Shown: positions 25,901-33,387 of the stretch, piece after piece | Numbering within the stretch: position 1 is the stretch's first letter | Layout of the letters: every line of letters begins with the position of its first letter | DNA from: Polyangiales bacterium | Lineage (GTDB): Bacteria > Myxococcota_A > Polyangia > Polyangiales > JADJMO01 | Direction: 5' to 3' | Assembly (NCBI GenBank): GCA_046593995.1 | Contig: JBKJQC010001239.1 | Location: forward strand, 1-38,300 | Length of the DNA: 38,300 nucleotides | Notes under the pieces: model-generated | The model's database searches: none | What the model was told of the DNA's origin: nothing | What the model saw: the letters and a program-made list of their open reading frames with translations, nothing else | Program-made: the position numbers and the translations under genes

Positions 25901-28609
25901 CAAGGGCGCGCAGAGTGGCGCGCGCAGATGGCCGAGACGCTCACCGGCGTCGCAAAGTCCGAGACGCTCCTCGACGCCGCGCGCGAGGCCGAGCGACGCG
26001 GCGATCTCGACAACGCCGAGAAGCTCGCGTTCGCCGCGGAAGCGGCCGGCAGCGGCGCCGAGGCGAGCTCACTGCGACATCGCGTACAGGCGCGCGGCGA
26101 CGGCGCGTCGCGTCTCGCGGAAGAGCTCCTCGACGCCGCCAAGAAGACGGACGATCCCGCCGTGCAGCGCGAGCTCTACGAGGCGCTTGCCGATCTCGAT
26201 CTCTTCGCGCGCGGCGACACGCCGAGCGCGATCATGTGGCACCAGGCCATCCTCGAGACGACGCCGCAGCACCTGCCGAGCCTGCGCCGCCTCGAGCACC
26301 TCCTCCTCTCGGTCGGTCGCGAGGACGACTACGAGTACATCGCGACGCAGCTCGCGCACATGCTGCCGAAGGACGCGCGGGACGCACACGCCGAGGTCGC
26401 GACGCGGCTCCGACTGCGAAGGCCCGGCGTCGCATGGGACTCGATCGCCGATCTCGCGATTACCGCGACCGAGCGCGAGAACCCCTCGCTGTGGGCGACG
26501 CGTCTCCTCGACGCGCTCGCACGCACCAAGGGTGACGACGCCTCGATCCTGCGCGCGGTGGACCTCCTCCTCGCGCGGCTCGATCGTCCTGCCGAGGTGG
26601 CTGCGCTCGCGACGCGCGGCGCCGAGGCCGCGTTCCGTGCCGGCGATCCCGAGCGCGCGCGCGCCTATCTCGAACGCGCCCTCGAGAACGACCCGCAGCA
26701 CCCGACCGCGCTCGCATCCCTCGCCGAGCTACGCCGCCTCGCCGGCGACTGGCGCGGCGCCGCCGAGACGATCGAAGCGCAGGCCCAGACCCAGCTCGTC
26801 GCGGAGCATCGCCTCGAGGACTGGCACGCCGCTGCGTGCATCTGGCTCGACAAGGTCTCGGACGAGGTGCGCGGCCGCGCGGCCCTCGAGCGCGCGTCGG
26901 AGATCGATCTCGGCTACGCGGACATCTTCGATCGCCTCGTCGCGATGGCGCGCGCGTCCCGCGAGAACGAGATCGTGGCGGATCTCTATCAACGCCGGCT
27001 CGGCCAGATCGAGGAGCCGCAAGGGCGCGCGCAGCTGCAGGTCGCCTACGCGCGCGTGCTCGTCGAGCTCGGCGATCGCGACGGCGCGCGCGTCGCGCTC
27101 ACGGCCGCGCTCGAGACGCTGCCGACCCACGCCGAGGCCCTCGAGGAAGCGCTCCGCCTCGCCGAGGAGGCGCAAGACTGGCCGGAGTACGAACAGCATC
27201 TGATCAGGCTGTCGAAGGCGCAGCCCGATCACGACCTGCAGATGCACGTGCTCCGGAGGCTCGGCGCACTCTACGAAGGGCCGCTGCCGAACCCCTCCCG
27301 CGCCGAAGCGGTCTACCGCAAGATCCTCGCGCAGGACGAGGGCAACGACGAGATCCTCGCACGCCTCGTCGCCGTGTACCTGCAGCTCGGAGACGCCGAC
27401 ATGGCGGTCGAGACCCATCAGGAGCGCGTGCAGATCGCCGTCGATCCGCCCCTTCGCCGCGTCCGCCTCATCGAGCTCGCGAAGCTCCTCGACGAGAAGG
27501 CCAACCAGCCCGAGCGCGCGCTCAAAGCGCTCGAACAAGCGCGCGGGAGCGACCCCTCGGATCTCGACGCGCTGAGCGCGCTCGCGCAGTTCCACACCAA
27601 GCACGGTCGGCCGGACGCCGTGGCCGCCGCGCTCGACGACGCGATCCGCGATCTCCGCCGCCGAGTAGGGAACGATCCCGGCGATCTCGCGCTCCTCGAT
27701 CAGCTCGCGAAGATCCTCGAGCTCCGCGGACGCGGCGACGCCGTGAGCGTCGTGCGCGCAGCCACGGCATTTCTCCGCGGGGAGATCGCCGACCTGGTCG
27801 GCGCCGAGGACGCGGCCTCGCTCCCCGAGCTCGACCGACTGCTCTGCCCGCCGGAGATCACCACTGCGCTACGCGCGTTCTTCGAGAAGACCGCGGAGTC
27901 GATCGAGAAGTCGATCCCCGTCGATCTGCGCATGCTCAAGGCCGCGAAGCTCGGTGCGAACAACCCGGCGCTCAAGGCGAAGATCGACGCCGTCTCCCGT
28001 GGCTTCGGGCTCCCCGATCCGGACGTCGTGATCTCTCGCGCGATGCCGCTCCTCTGTCTGCCCGTAGGTTTCAAGCCGCTGCAGATCGTGCTCGGGGACG
28101 GCATCGTCACGACCGAGGACGAGATCACGCGGAAGTTCGTGCTCGCGCGCGCGGTTAAGGTGTGCGGCGCGAAGTGCGCGGTGCTGGTGCGCGTACCGCC
28201 GGCGGATCTCAAGATCAACCTCGACGCGCTCCTCCACCACTTGAACCCCGATCATCCGGCGCCGGAGCTCGAGCCGGAGCGACTCGACGAGATGACGAAG
28301 CGCCTCGCGCGCTTCCTCCCTCGCAAGGAAGAGGCCGAGCTGAAGCAGCTCGCGATCGACGTCGGCTCGGTCGATGTCGACAAGCTGGCCGCCGCCGCTG
28401 CGACGTGGGGCGATCGCGTCGCCTTGCTCTGCATCGGCGATCTCTCGGCAGGTCTCCGCGGCGTCGCCTGGACGCTCGGACAGAAGGATCCGCCGCAGGA
28501 TCCGGACGAGCTACGTCGGTGGCTGCGCGACAACCCGGCGGCGCGCGATCTCGTCGCGTTCGCGGTCTCGGACGAGTACGTCGAGGCGCGCCGGATCGCC
28601 GGCGTCTGA
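22940..28609 (+). CDS. giant protein (1889 aa): ~390-aa disordered Pro/acidic N-terminus with DPF motifs, long TPR-like array, shared C-terminal module
   Basis: The GTG start lies 4 nt after the previous TGA (22933-22935). TPR-like units run throughout (for example RAEAVYRKILAQDEGNDEILARLVAVYLQLGDADMAVETH). The three minus-strand ORFs checked (22634..24196, 24449..25903, 26729..27604) are codon-aligned shadows. Confidence 0.85.
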   Translation: MSEKKKTGGDDPFTGLDWDSELESGDKSADAPGSAEVPESFSKPLPTAAPAQQTPPESQRIDTPNALRQSRPLYRPPPAAGRASGATPPPRPGPPRPGPPKLPAFSKGAVTMPEPDEQTVSRTVDTSELDRNLPSLIEDEPEDSQAKTRASDKPEGEEHYDENATVVAPVSADLLAQLEAAGIRRPGFKKKEPAKPPAPRAAAPPVDIDVGMDEAPEHTEEHPAPEPEDPSVVTSAPDYVRHARPGRGDISDARPAPRAADKPGAGGMYDPFAGMDVEPAVSETVGRDAEAPKLLQPDVRRHSADEETAVFDKKQMSAALGGLPAASPRARQLDADATTPEPFHTADPFATADPFEREGDAPELAASEEYADAAVIDLLRGDDMSSDGLPAVTDALAIERTAADWLGDQADKWVARAEHIAADARTLEKAAKARGLVVASEVMAIAGDRPRAIELAEEAWNAAPNDPLAVRQLRQLLAADGRWDDVTPLLEAETKTAASPLLKSHAALLSADAARLARSSPDEAAKLYELAQRTASSDPRPTIARAVAAVSAAKPLPVLKWSPGMELFGEAVARRARSGEPVEDVQLATIFDGIATYADGSNVEGAFAHALDELAQTESLAPAALWLRFSLDAARTKTRNKALEKLADLPAGRAKDEARLGIALDLGDASGASAAAHDLARAYVGRGTVIAREATRLLAGEDASIDGLLAFAREPGVSSVARAIALTRNEDAPAEVVASDPLDASARVARRLAVGGHVDVELRTRTPRGAQLGFALADALGGGGPRATIDAIGSLLAWDDGTADASLARMLAELAESDAPTAIESAREAANVEPTSFPAVLALLGLGAEDGEQSAVAAAEGTPDEARGAALALRITLAGIRRNDLEGAKRSAEIALQNAPTDAVATFLAELRARRAGDFDAVVEAIRQRTHASNDPVARASNLVREIFLLLGTDLATCIDRAGEAADLVPRDITMRALYERIAGEGAQGRAEWRAQMAETLTGVAKSETLLDAAREAERRGDLDNAEKLAFAAEAAGSGAEASSLRHRVQARGDGASRLAEELLDAAKKTDDPAVQRELYEALADLDLFARGDTPSAIMWHQAILETTPQHLPSLRRLEHLLLSVGREDDYEYIATQLAHMLPKDARDAHAEVATRLRLRRPGVAWDSIADLAITATERENPSLWATRLLDALARTKGDDASILRAVDLLLARLDRPAEVAALATRGAEAAFRAGDPERARAYLERALENDPQHPTALASLAELRRLAGDWRGAAETIEAQAQTQLVAEHRLEDWHAAACIWLDKVSDEVRGRAALERASEIDLGYADIFDRLVAMARASRENEIVADLYQRRLGQIEEPQGRAQLQVAYARVLVELGDRDGARVALTAALETLPTHAEALEEALRLAEEAQDWPEYEQHLIRLSKAQPDHDLQMHVLRRLGALYEGPLPNPSRAEAVYRKILAQDEGNDEILARLVAVYLQLGDADMAVETHQERVQIAVDPPLRRVRLIELAKLLDEKANQPERALKALEQARGSDPSDLDALSALAQFHTKHGRPDAVAAALDDAIRDLRRRVGNDPGDLALLDQLAKILELRGRGDAVSVVRAATAFLRGEIADLVGAEDAASLPELDRLLCPPEITTALRAFFEKTAESIEKSIPVDLRMLKAAKLGANNPALKAKIDAVSRGFGLPDPDVVISRAMPLLCLPVGFKPLQIVLGDGIVTTEDEITRKFVLARAVKVCGAKCAVLVRVPPADLKINLDALLHHLNPDHPAPELEPERLDEMTKRLARFLPRKEEAELKQLAIDVGSVDVDKLAAAAATWGDRVALLCIGDLSAGLRGVAWTLGQKDPPQDPDELRRWLRDNPAARDLVAFAVSDEYVEARRIAGV

Positions 28610-28636
28610 GCGTGCCCTCGGAGACGAAGGGCTGAG

Positions 28637-29245
28637 ATGAACGTCTTCGGGCTGACCGGCGGCATCGCCTCCGGGAAGAGCGCCGTCTCCGCGCTCTTCC
28701 GCCGCGAGGGAGTGCCGGTCGTCGACGCGGACGAAGTGGCGCGCGAGGTGGTGGCAGCCGGCTCTCCCGGCCTCGCGGCAATCGTCGAGGCCTTCGGTCC
28801 GGGAGTGCTCGCCGAGGACGGCACCCTCGATCGCAAGAAGCTCGGCGCGATGATCTTCGAGGACGAGTCGCAGCGCGCGCGGCTGAACGCCATCCTCCAC
28901 CCGGCGATCGGGAGCGCGAGCGCTGCGCACTTCCAGCGGCTGACCGCAGCGGGCCATCCGCTCGCGTGTTACGACGCCGCGCTCATCGTCGAGCGCGGCA
29001 TCGCCGACATGTTCCGCCCGCTCGTGGTCGTCGCCGCTCCGCGCGAGATGCAGAAGCAGCGCCTGATGGCGCGCGACGGGCTCAGCGCGGCGGACGCCGA
29101 CGCACGCCTGGACGCGCAGATGCCGGTGGAGACGAAGGTCGGCGTCGCCGACATCGTGATCTGGAACGACGCCGATCTCGCGACGCTCGAGTCACGCACG
29201 GTCGACGCGCTCGGCCGCGTGCGGGGGCGGGTGCGAGCGACGTAG
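28637..29245 (+). CDS. coaE: dephospho-CoA kinase
   Basis: 202 aa. MNVFGLTGGIASGKS is the P-loop. VVDADEVAREV, the ILHPAI region and the overall length are typical of CoaE. It starts 27 nt after the giant gene's stop, with GAAGGG upstream. Confidence 0.88.
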   Translation: MNVFGLTGGIASGKSAVSALFRREGVPVVDADEVAREVVAAGSPGLAAIVEAFGPGVLAEDGTLDRKKLGAMIFEDESQRARLNAILHPAIGSASAAHFQRLTAAGHPLACYDAALIVERGIADMFRPLVVVAAPREMQKQRLMARDGLSAADADARLDAQMPVETKVGVADIVIWNDADLATLESRTVDALGRVRGRVRAT

Positions 29246-29247
29246 CG

Positions 29248-29682
29248 TCAGCGGATGCCGGAGCGATCGATCGATCGGTAGCTCGCGTCGTCGACGGCGC
29301 GGAGCAGATCGTCGACGTCGAACGGTGCGCGGATGAACACGAGATCGAGATCCTCGGCGAGGTGGACGCTGAGCGGGTTCGTGCAGACCACCACGACGGG
29401 CGCGCCCTGACGCGCGAGCTCGGCGAGCAGCGTGTCGCACGCGGGGTCGCGATACGCGCCCGCGACGACGATCACGGATGGACTCCGCCGTCGTATCGTG
29501 CGGCGCCCTTCCTCCGGCGTCTCGACGGCGTCGACGCGCAGTCCACGTCGCCCGAGGACGAGACCATCGGTCATCACGGCGGCGCCCATCACCGCGGCGA
29601 TCGCTGCGCGCAGAGCGTCGTCCGCGCAGACGACCAGCGCAGTCGCATCCTCTTCCGGCGCGAGTCGGATCCCCATCCCCAC
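29248..29682 (-). CDS. receiver-like (pseudo-receiver) protein lacking the phospho-acceptor Asp
   Basis: 144 aa with strong GC3 bias. The alternating beta/alpha pattern is CheY-like (ALVVCADD..., SVIVVAGAY..., APVVVVCTN..., VFIRAPFDVDDLLRAV). VVAGAY sits where the acceptor Asp is expected, and R replaces the conserved K before PF. Confidence 0.5.
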   Translation of the reverse strand: MGMGIRLAPEEDATALVVCADDALRAAIAAVMGAAVMTDGLVLGRRGLRVDAVETPEEGRRTIRRRSPSVIVVAGAYRDPACDTLLAELARQGAPVVVVCTNPLSVHLAEDLDLVFIRAPFDVDDLLRAVDDASYRSIDRSGIR

Positions 29683-29789
29683 GCTGCGATTCTGCCGAGG
29701 TCTCTCCGCAGCGTCCAGCCTGCTTCGAGCCTCCTCGAAGTCATGCGCGCCGCGTCATGTCCCAGATCAGAGCCTGCGTCAGAGCCCAA

Positions 29790-30641
29790 TCAGAGATCGA
29801 AGGCGCAGCGCAGTCCGACCCACGGCTTTCGCGCGCCTGGATCGAGCACGCGTCTCCATCGGGGACGCAGCGACGTCGCATCGGGCTCGGCCCACGACCC
29901 GCCGCGCACGATCGCCATGCCGACCGGCGCGCCCTCCTCGACCCACTCGGCGACGTTGCCGGCGAGGTCTTCCGCGCCGTCCTTCGTCGCGCCCCATGGA
30001 CGCGCGCCGGCGGTGTCGGGAGATCGCGCGCCGCGTGCGCAGCGACCGTCCAACGCGAACGCCGCCCGCAGGCACAACGCGTCGGGGTCGCCCCACGGAT
30101 AGCGCGTCTCGACGTCTCCGATCGCGGCGCGCAGCCACTCGCCGTCGCGCGGCAGTCGACCTCCCGCGAAGCGGCAGAACGCGCGGGCCTCGTCGCGCGT
30201 CACCGAGTGCACCGCCTGACCTGCGTCGCCACCGACGAGCGCACCGCACGCGTTCGCGTCGACGCAGCGTTGCCACGAAGACCACGTCACCTCGTAGGCG
30301 TCGAGCTCGAAGGTCTTCGTGACGGCGGTCTCGCCGACCGGAGCGATCGTCGTGTCCGGCGGGTGCCACGACGACGAGCCTCCGCGGATGATCGCGCGTC
30401 GCCGCGGCGCGACGCATCCGACGTCGGTGCGCTCGAGGCGGTCGGAGCACCGCGAGGGAGCTCCCGTGCAACGCTCGCCGGTCTCGTCATGGGTGAGCGT
30501 CTGGCCTTCTCCGCAGCATCGCGCGCCGAGCGCCACGAGGCCCGCGGGGCAACGCGGTACGTCGCGGTGCGTCGTAGCGACGAGGCCCAGCGCGACGGCA
30601 GCCGCCGCCCCGAGCGCCCCACGAACGATACGGCCGAGCAC
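29790..30641 (-). CDS. FGE-sulfatase (SUMF1-like) domain protein with N-terminal signal/anchor and a Cys-rich linker
   Basis: 283 aa. MLGRIVRGALGAAAAVALGLVA is the hydrophobic N-terminus. ELDAYEVT, RLPRDGEWLRA, GNVAEWV, RGGSW and VGLRCAF are FGE-sulfatase-type blocks. This is the second such gene in the window. Confidence 0.78.
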   Translation of the reverse strand: MLGRIVRGALGAAAAVALGLVATTHRDVPRCPAGLVALGARCCGEGQTLTHDETGERCTGAPSRCSDRLERTDVGCVAPRRRAIIRGGSSSWHPPDTTIAPVGETAVTKTFELDAYEVTWSSWQRCVDANACGALVGGDAGQAVHSVTRDEARAFCRFAGGRLPRDGEWLRAAIGDVETRYPWGDPDALCLRAAFALDGRCARGARSPDTAGARPWGATKDGAEDLAGNVAEWVEEGAPVGMAIVRGGSWAEPDATSLRPRWRRVLDPGARKPWVGLRCAFDL

Positions 30642-30704
30642 GACCCGTCGGTACCGCAGCGGCGGATCCTCCGGAAGCCGCCTAGCTCATTTCCTCGCAT
30701 AACT

Positions 30705-30735
30705 GCAGGGATCGGCAGGGATCGCACGGGATGCG
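30705..30735. repeat. 10-bp tandem direct repeats in the divergent FGE/trxA promoter region
   Basis: GCAGGGATCG at 30705-30714 and 30715-30724 are identical, followed by a degenerate third unit CACGGGATGCG at 30725-30735. The one-helical-turn spacing suggests a regulator site, but function is unknown. Confidence 0.7.
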
Positions 30736-30846
30736 ACAGGAGTGGAAGCCCGGCCGCCGATCGCGGCATCGTACCGGCGTCGGTTGACCCGCCTGCCCGA
30801 TTCGTCGAGAGAGCGCGTCGACCAATTTTCGAGGAGCCCGAATCTG

Positions 30847-31182
30847 ATGGCGAGCACCCACGTCGTCCACGTGAACGACCTCAACTTCGAGACCGAGATC
30901 CTGAAGAGCGACAAGCCCGTCTTGTTGGACTTCACGGCGACCTGGTGCGGCCCCTGCCGCATGATTGCGCCGATGATCGACGAGCTCGCGAACGAGACCG
31001 CTGGCACCTACAAGGTGGCGAAGCTCGACATCGACGAGGCGCCGGCCACCGCCGCCAAGTTCGGCATCCGCGGCGTCCCGACGCTGCTCGCCTTCAAGTC
31101 CGGAAAGGAGATCGCGCGCCACGTGGGCGCGAACACCTCGAAGGCGAAGCTGAAGGCGATGCTCACGAACGAAGTGGACTGA
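30847..31182 (+). CDS. trxA: thioredoxin
   Basis: In the frame of track ORF 30742..31182, started at ATG 30847 (MASTHVVHVNDLNFETEIL) with GAGGAG about 10 nt upstream. WCGPC active site. 111 aa, typical thioredoxin length. Confidence 0.9.
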   Translation: MASTHVVHVNDLNFETEILKSDKPVLLDFTATWCGPCRMIAPMIDELANETAGTYKVAKLDIDEAPATAAKFGIRGVPTLLAFKSGKEIARHVGANTSKAKLKAMLTNEVD

Positions 31183-31320
31183 GCGCCGGCGGCGTCTCGC
31201 CGCGAAATCCGGCCCTACCGCGAGGACCTCGCTCCCGCCCTCACGCATCGCCGATGCGGGGCTCGGGGGCGAGGTCGTTTTCGTCGAGTGGTCGCGCTGG
31301 TTGTCCCATGGAAGGGTCGC

Positions 31321-33261
31321 ATGGAAGGGGGTCGTCGCAGTACGCTGCGTGTCTTCGCGCGCCCTCGCGCTCGCCCGGATCAGACCTTGGCTCGAACCTA
31401 CCTTCCGATCTCGCCTCTGTTCGTGAGCGCGCTAGCGACGGCGCTCTCCACGCTGCACGCGTTCCCCGGCGTCGCGCACGCCGACGGTCCCGCAGACGCG
31501 GATCTCCGCACCTTCCGTCCATCGACCGATCGCTATGGATCGCTCGCGACCGAAGGGGTCGAGACGCCCGGTCCGTGGAACCTGCAGTTCACGCAGTGGT
31601 TCACGTTCGACACCGCGTCCCTGCGCGTGGCGAACGAGAGGGGCGAGCAGACGCGCGTCCTCGGTCCGCGGCTGATCCTCGATCCGGCCGTGCAGCTCGG
31701 TCTCGGCCGACGCGCAGCGATCGGCGCGACGTTGCCGATCGTCGCCTACCAGGATGGCTCCACGTCTTCGCTCACCGAAGGACGTGTCGCGCCGGCACAA
31801 GGCATCGGCGATTTCGCGCTCACCGGCAAGGCCTCCGCGCTGATCCCCGACCCCGACGCGGGTGGTCTCGGTCTCTCGCTCCTCGCACGCATGCAGCTGC
31901 CGACCGGCGATCGCCAGTCCTTCATCAGCGACCGTGGCGCCATCGCCGAAGCGCGCGCGCTCCTCACGATGGACTACGCGCATTTGCTGGTGGTCGCGGC
32001 GACCGCCGGCTACCGCGCGCGCTTCGTCCACCACACGTTCACCGACGTCACGATCGGCGACACGATCCCATGGGGCGCGACGATCTCGCTCAAGCCGCGC
32101 GGCATCGGCCTCGATCCGAACGGGCACTGGACGTGGTCGGTCGAAGCGCACGGTGAGATCGGCGCGGTGCCGAACAAGTTCTTCGGCAACTCGCGCCTGT
32201 CGCCGGCCTTCGCGGGCGCGTCGATGCGCTACGAGTTCGACAAGAACATGTCGATCTTCCTCGGCGGCGAGGGTGGCCTCACGTCGGCGATCGGGGTGCC
32301 TGCGTTCCGCGCGGTGCTCGGGTTCACCTACGCGCCGACGATCATCGACGACGATCACGATGGCGTCGCCGACGACATCGACGACTGCCCCGGGCTGCCC
32401 GAGGACGGCCAAGGCGAGCACCCGCGCGACGGCTGCCCTGACTACGGCGGCGACCAGACCGATCCCGGACCGCCGCCGGATACCGAGCCGCTGCCGGTCG
32501 CGCCCGACGTTCCTCCGCCCGCGGCAGCGCCAGCCGACACGGACGGCGACGGAATCGCCGACGACGTCGACAAGTGTCCCGATCAGGCCGAGACGAAGAA
32601 CGGCTACGAGGACGAGGACGGCTGCCCCGAGAACGACAAGGACGGCGACACGTTCCTCGATGCGGTCGACCACTGCCCCGATCAGCCCGAGACGTTCAAC
32701 GGCGTGACGGACGACGACGGATGCCCTGACGAGGTGCCGAAGGGCGCGAAGGGTCCGACGTCGCTCGTGACGGAGGTGCAGGACAAGGCGAAGGTCACCT
32801 ACGCGCTCGTGCTCGCGCGTCCGATCACCTTCGAGCTCGAGGCGCCGTCGAAGGACTCGAGGACGGATCTCCGCGCGGTCGCGAAATGGATCCTCGAGCA
32901 CCCCGGCGCGCGCGTGCGTGTCGCCGTGAAGCCCGAGGGCAAGGGGGAGGCGTCGATCAAATTGGCCGAGACGCGGGCGAACGCGATCGTGTCGCTCCTC
33001 GTCCGCTTCGCACACACCGGCAACGTGGCCGAGACCGCGACGTGGGACCCGAAGGCCAAGGGGAACGTGCAGCTCACGATCGCCGGGGTCACACCCGCGC
33101 TCGCGCCCATCGCCCCGCCCCCGGCGCCCAAGCCCGGCCCGGGCGCCGCACCGAAGCCCCCCGCACCGAAAGGTCCCGCTGCACCCGGCGCGGCCCCGAA
33201 AGCGCCAACGCCGCCGAAACCCGCTGCCCCCGTCGGGCCGCTGGCGCCGAAAAAGCCCTGA
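31321..33261 (+). CDS. outer-membrane protein: N-terminal beta-barrel-like region, thrombospondin type-3 (TSP3) Ca-binding repeats, degenerate OmpA-like domain, Pro/Lys-rich tail
   Basis: In the frame of track ORF 31288..33261. Signal-like LFVSALATALSTLHAFPGVAHA. Repeated DxDxDGxxDxxDxCP units (DDDHDGVADDIDDCP, DTDGDGIADDVDKCP, DKDGDTFLDAVDHCP). VRVAVKPEGKGEASIKLAETRANAIVSLL resembles the OmpA-C core. Tail PAPKPGPGAAPKPPAPKGPAAPGAAPKAPTPPKPAAP. The start is uncertain among GTG 31288, ATG 31321 and TTG 31387. Confidence 0.78.
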   Translation: MEGGRRSTLRVFARPRARPDQTLARTYLPISPLFVSALATALSTLHAFPGVAHADGPADADLRTFRPSTDRYGSLATEGVETPGPWNLQFTQWFTFDTASLRVANERGEQTRVLGPRLILDPAVQLGLGRRAAIGATLPIVAYQDGSTSSLTEGRVAPAQGIGDFALTGKASALIPDPDAGGLGLSLLARMQLPTGDRQSFISDRGAIAEARALLTMDYAHLLVVAATAGYRARFVHHTFTDVTIGDTIPWGATISLKPRGIGLDPNGHWTWSVEAHGEIGAVPNKFFGNSRLSPAFAGASMRYEFDKNMSIFLGGEGGLTSAIGVPAFRAVLGFTYAPTIIDDDHDGVADDIDDCPGLPEDGQGEHPRDGCPDYGGDQTDPGPPPDTEPLPVAPDVPPPAAAPADTDGDGIADDVDKCPDQAETKNGYEDEDGCPENDKDGDTFLDAVDHCPDQPETFNGVTDDDGCPDEVPKGAKGPTSLVTEVQDKAKVTYALVLARPITFELEAPSKDSRTDLRAVAKWILEHPGARVRVAVKPEGKGEASIKLAETRANAIVSLLVRFAHTGNVAETATWDPKAKGNVQLTIAGVTPALAPIAPPPAPKPGPGAAPKPPAPKGPAAPGAAPKAPTPPKPAAPVGPLAPKKP

Positions 33262-33326
33262 GCGCACGTCTCGCGCTCGCGGGATTTCATTGCTAGGTTC
33301 CCGCTCCCCCGGAGCCGCGCGAGAGC

Positions 33327-33350
33327 GCGGGCGTGCGGGCGTGCGGGCGT
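33327..33350. repeat. three perfect tandem GCGGGCGT octamers upstream of the TPR gene
   Basis: GCGGGCGT at 33327-33334, 33335-33342 and 33343-33350. The array ends 37 nt before ATG 33388. Function unknown; possibly an operator or promoter element. Confidence 0.7.
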
Positions 33351-33387
33351 CACGGAAGAACACGAAGCGGTTGCCAGGAGATCACGT

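Noticed and set aside
31183-31320. Small hairpins after trxA, GCGGCG-TCT-CGCCGC around 31188-31202 and GCATCG-C-CGATGC around 31246-31258, considered as intrinsic terminators.
   Set aside because: The stems are only 5-6 bp with 1-3-nt loops and no U tract. Such palindromes occur frequently by chance in this GC context, so the support is too weak to annotate.
29478-32156. An 892-aa plus-strand ORF spanning the FGE gene, the trxA region and the OMP 5' part; also 28966..30102 and 29432..30322.
   Set aside because: The translations are extremely Arg/Pro/Ser/Ala-rich with no domain signatures. They overlap three independently recognisable genes (FGE-sulfatase on the other strand, trxA and the OMP in other frames). 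This is an artefact of stop-codon paucity in high-GC DNA.
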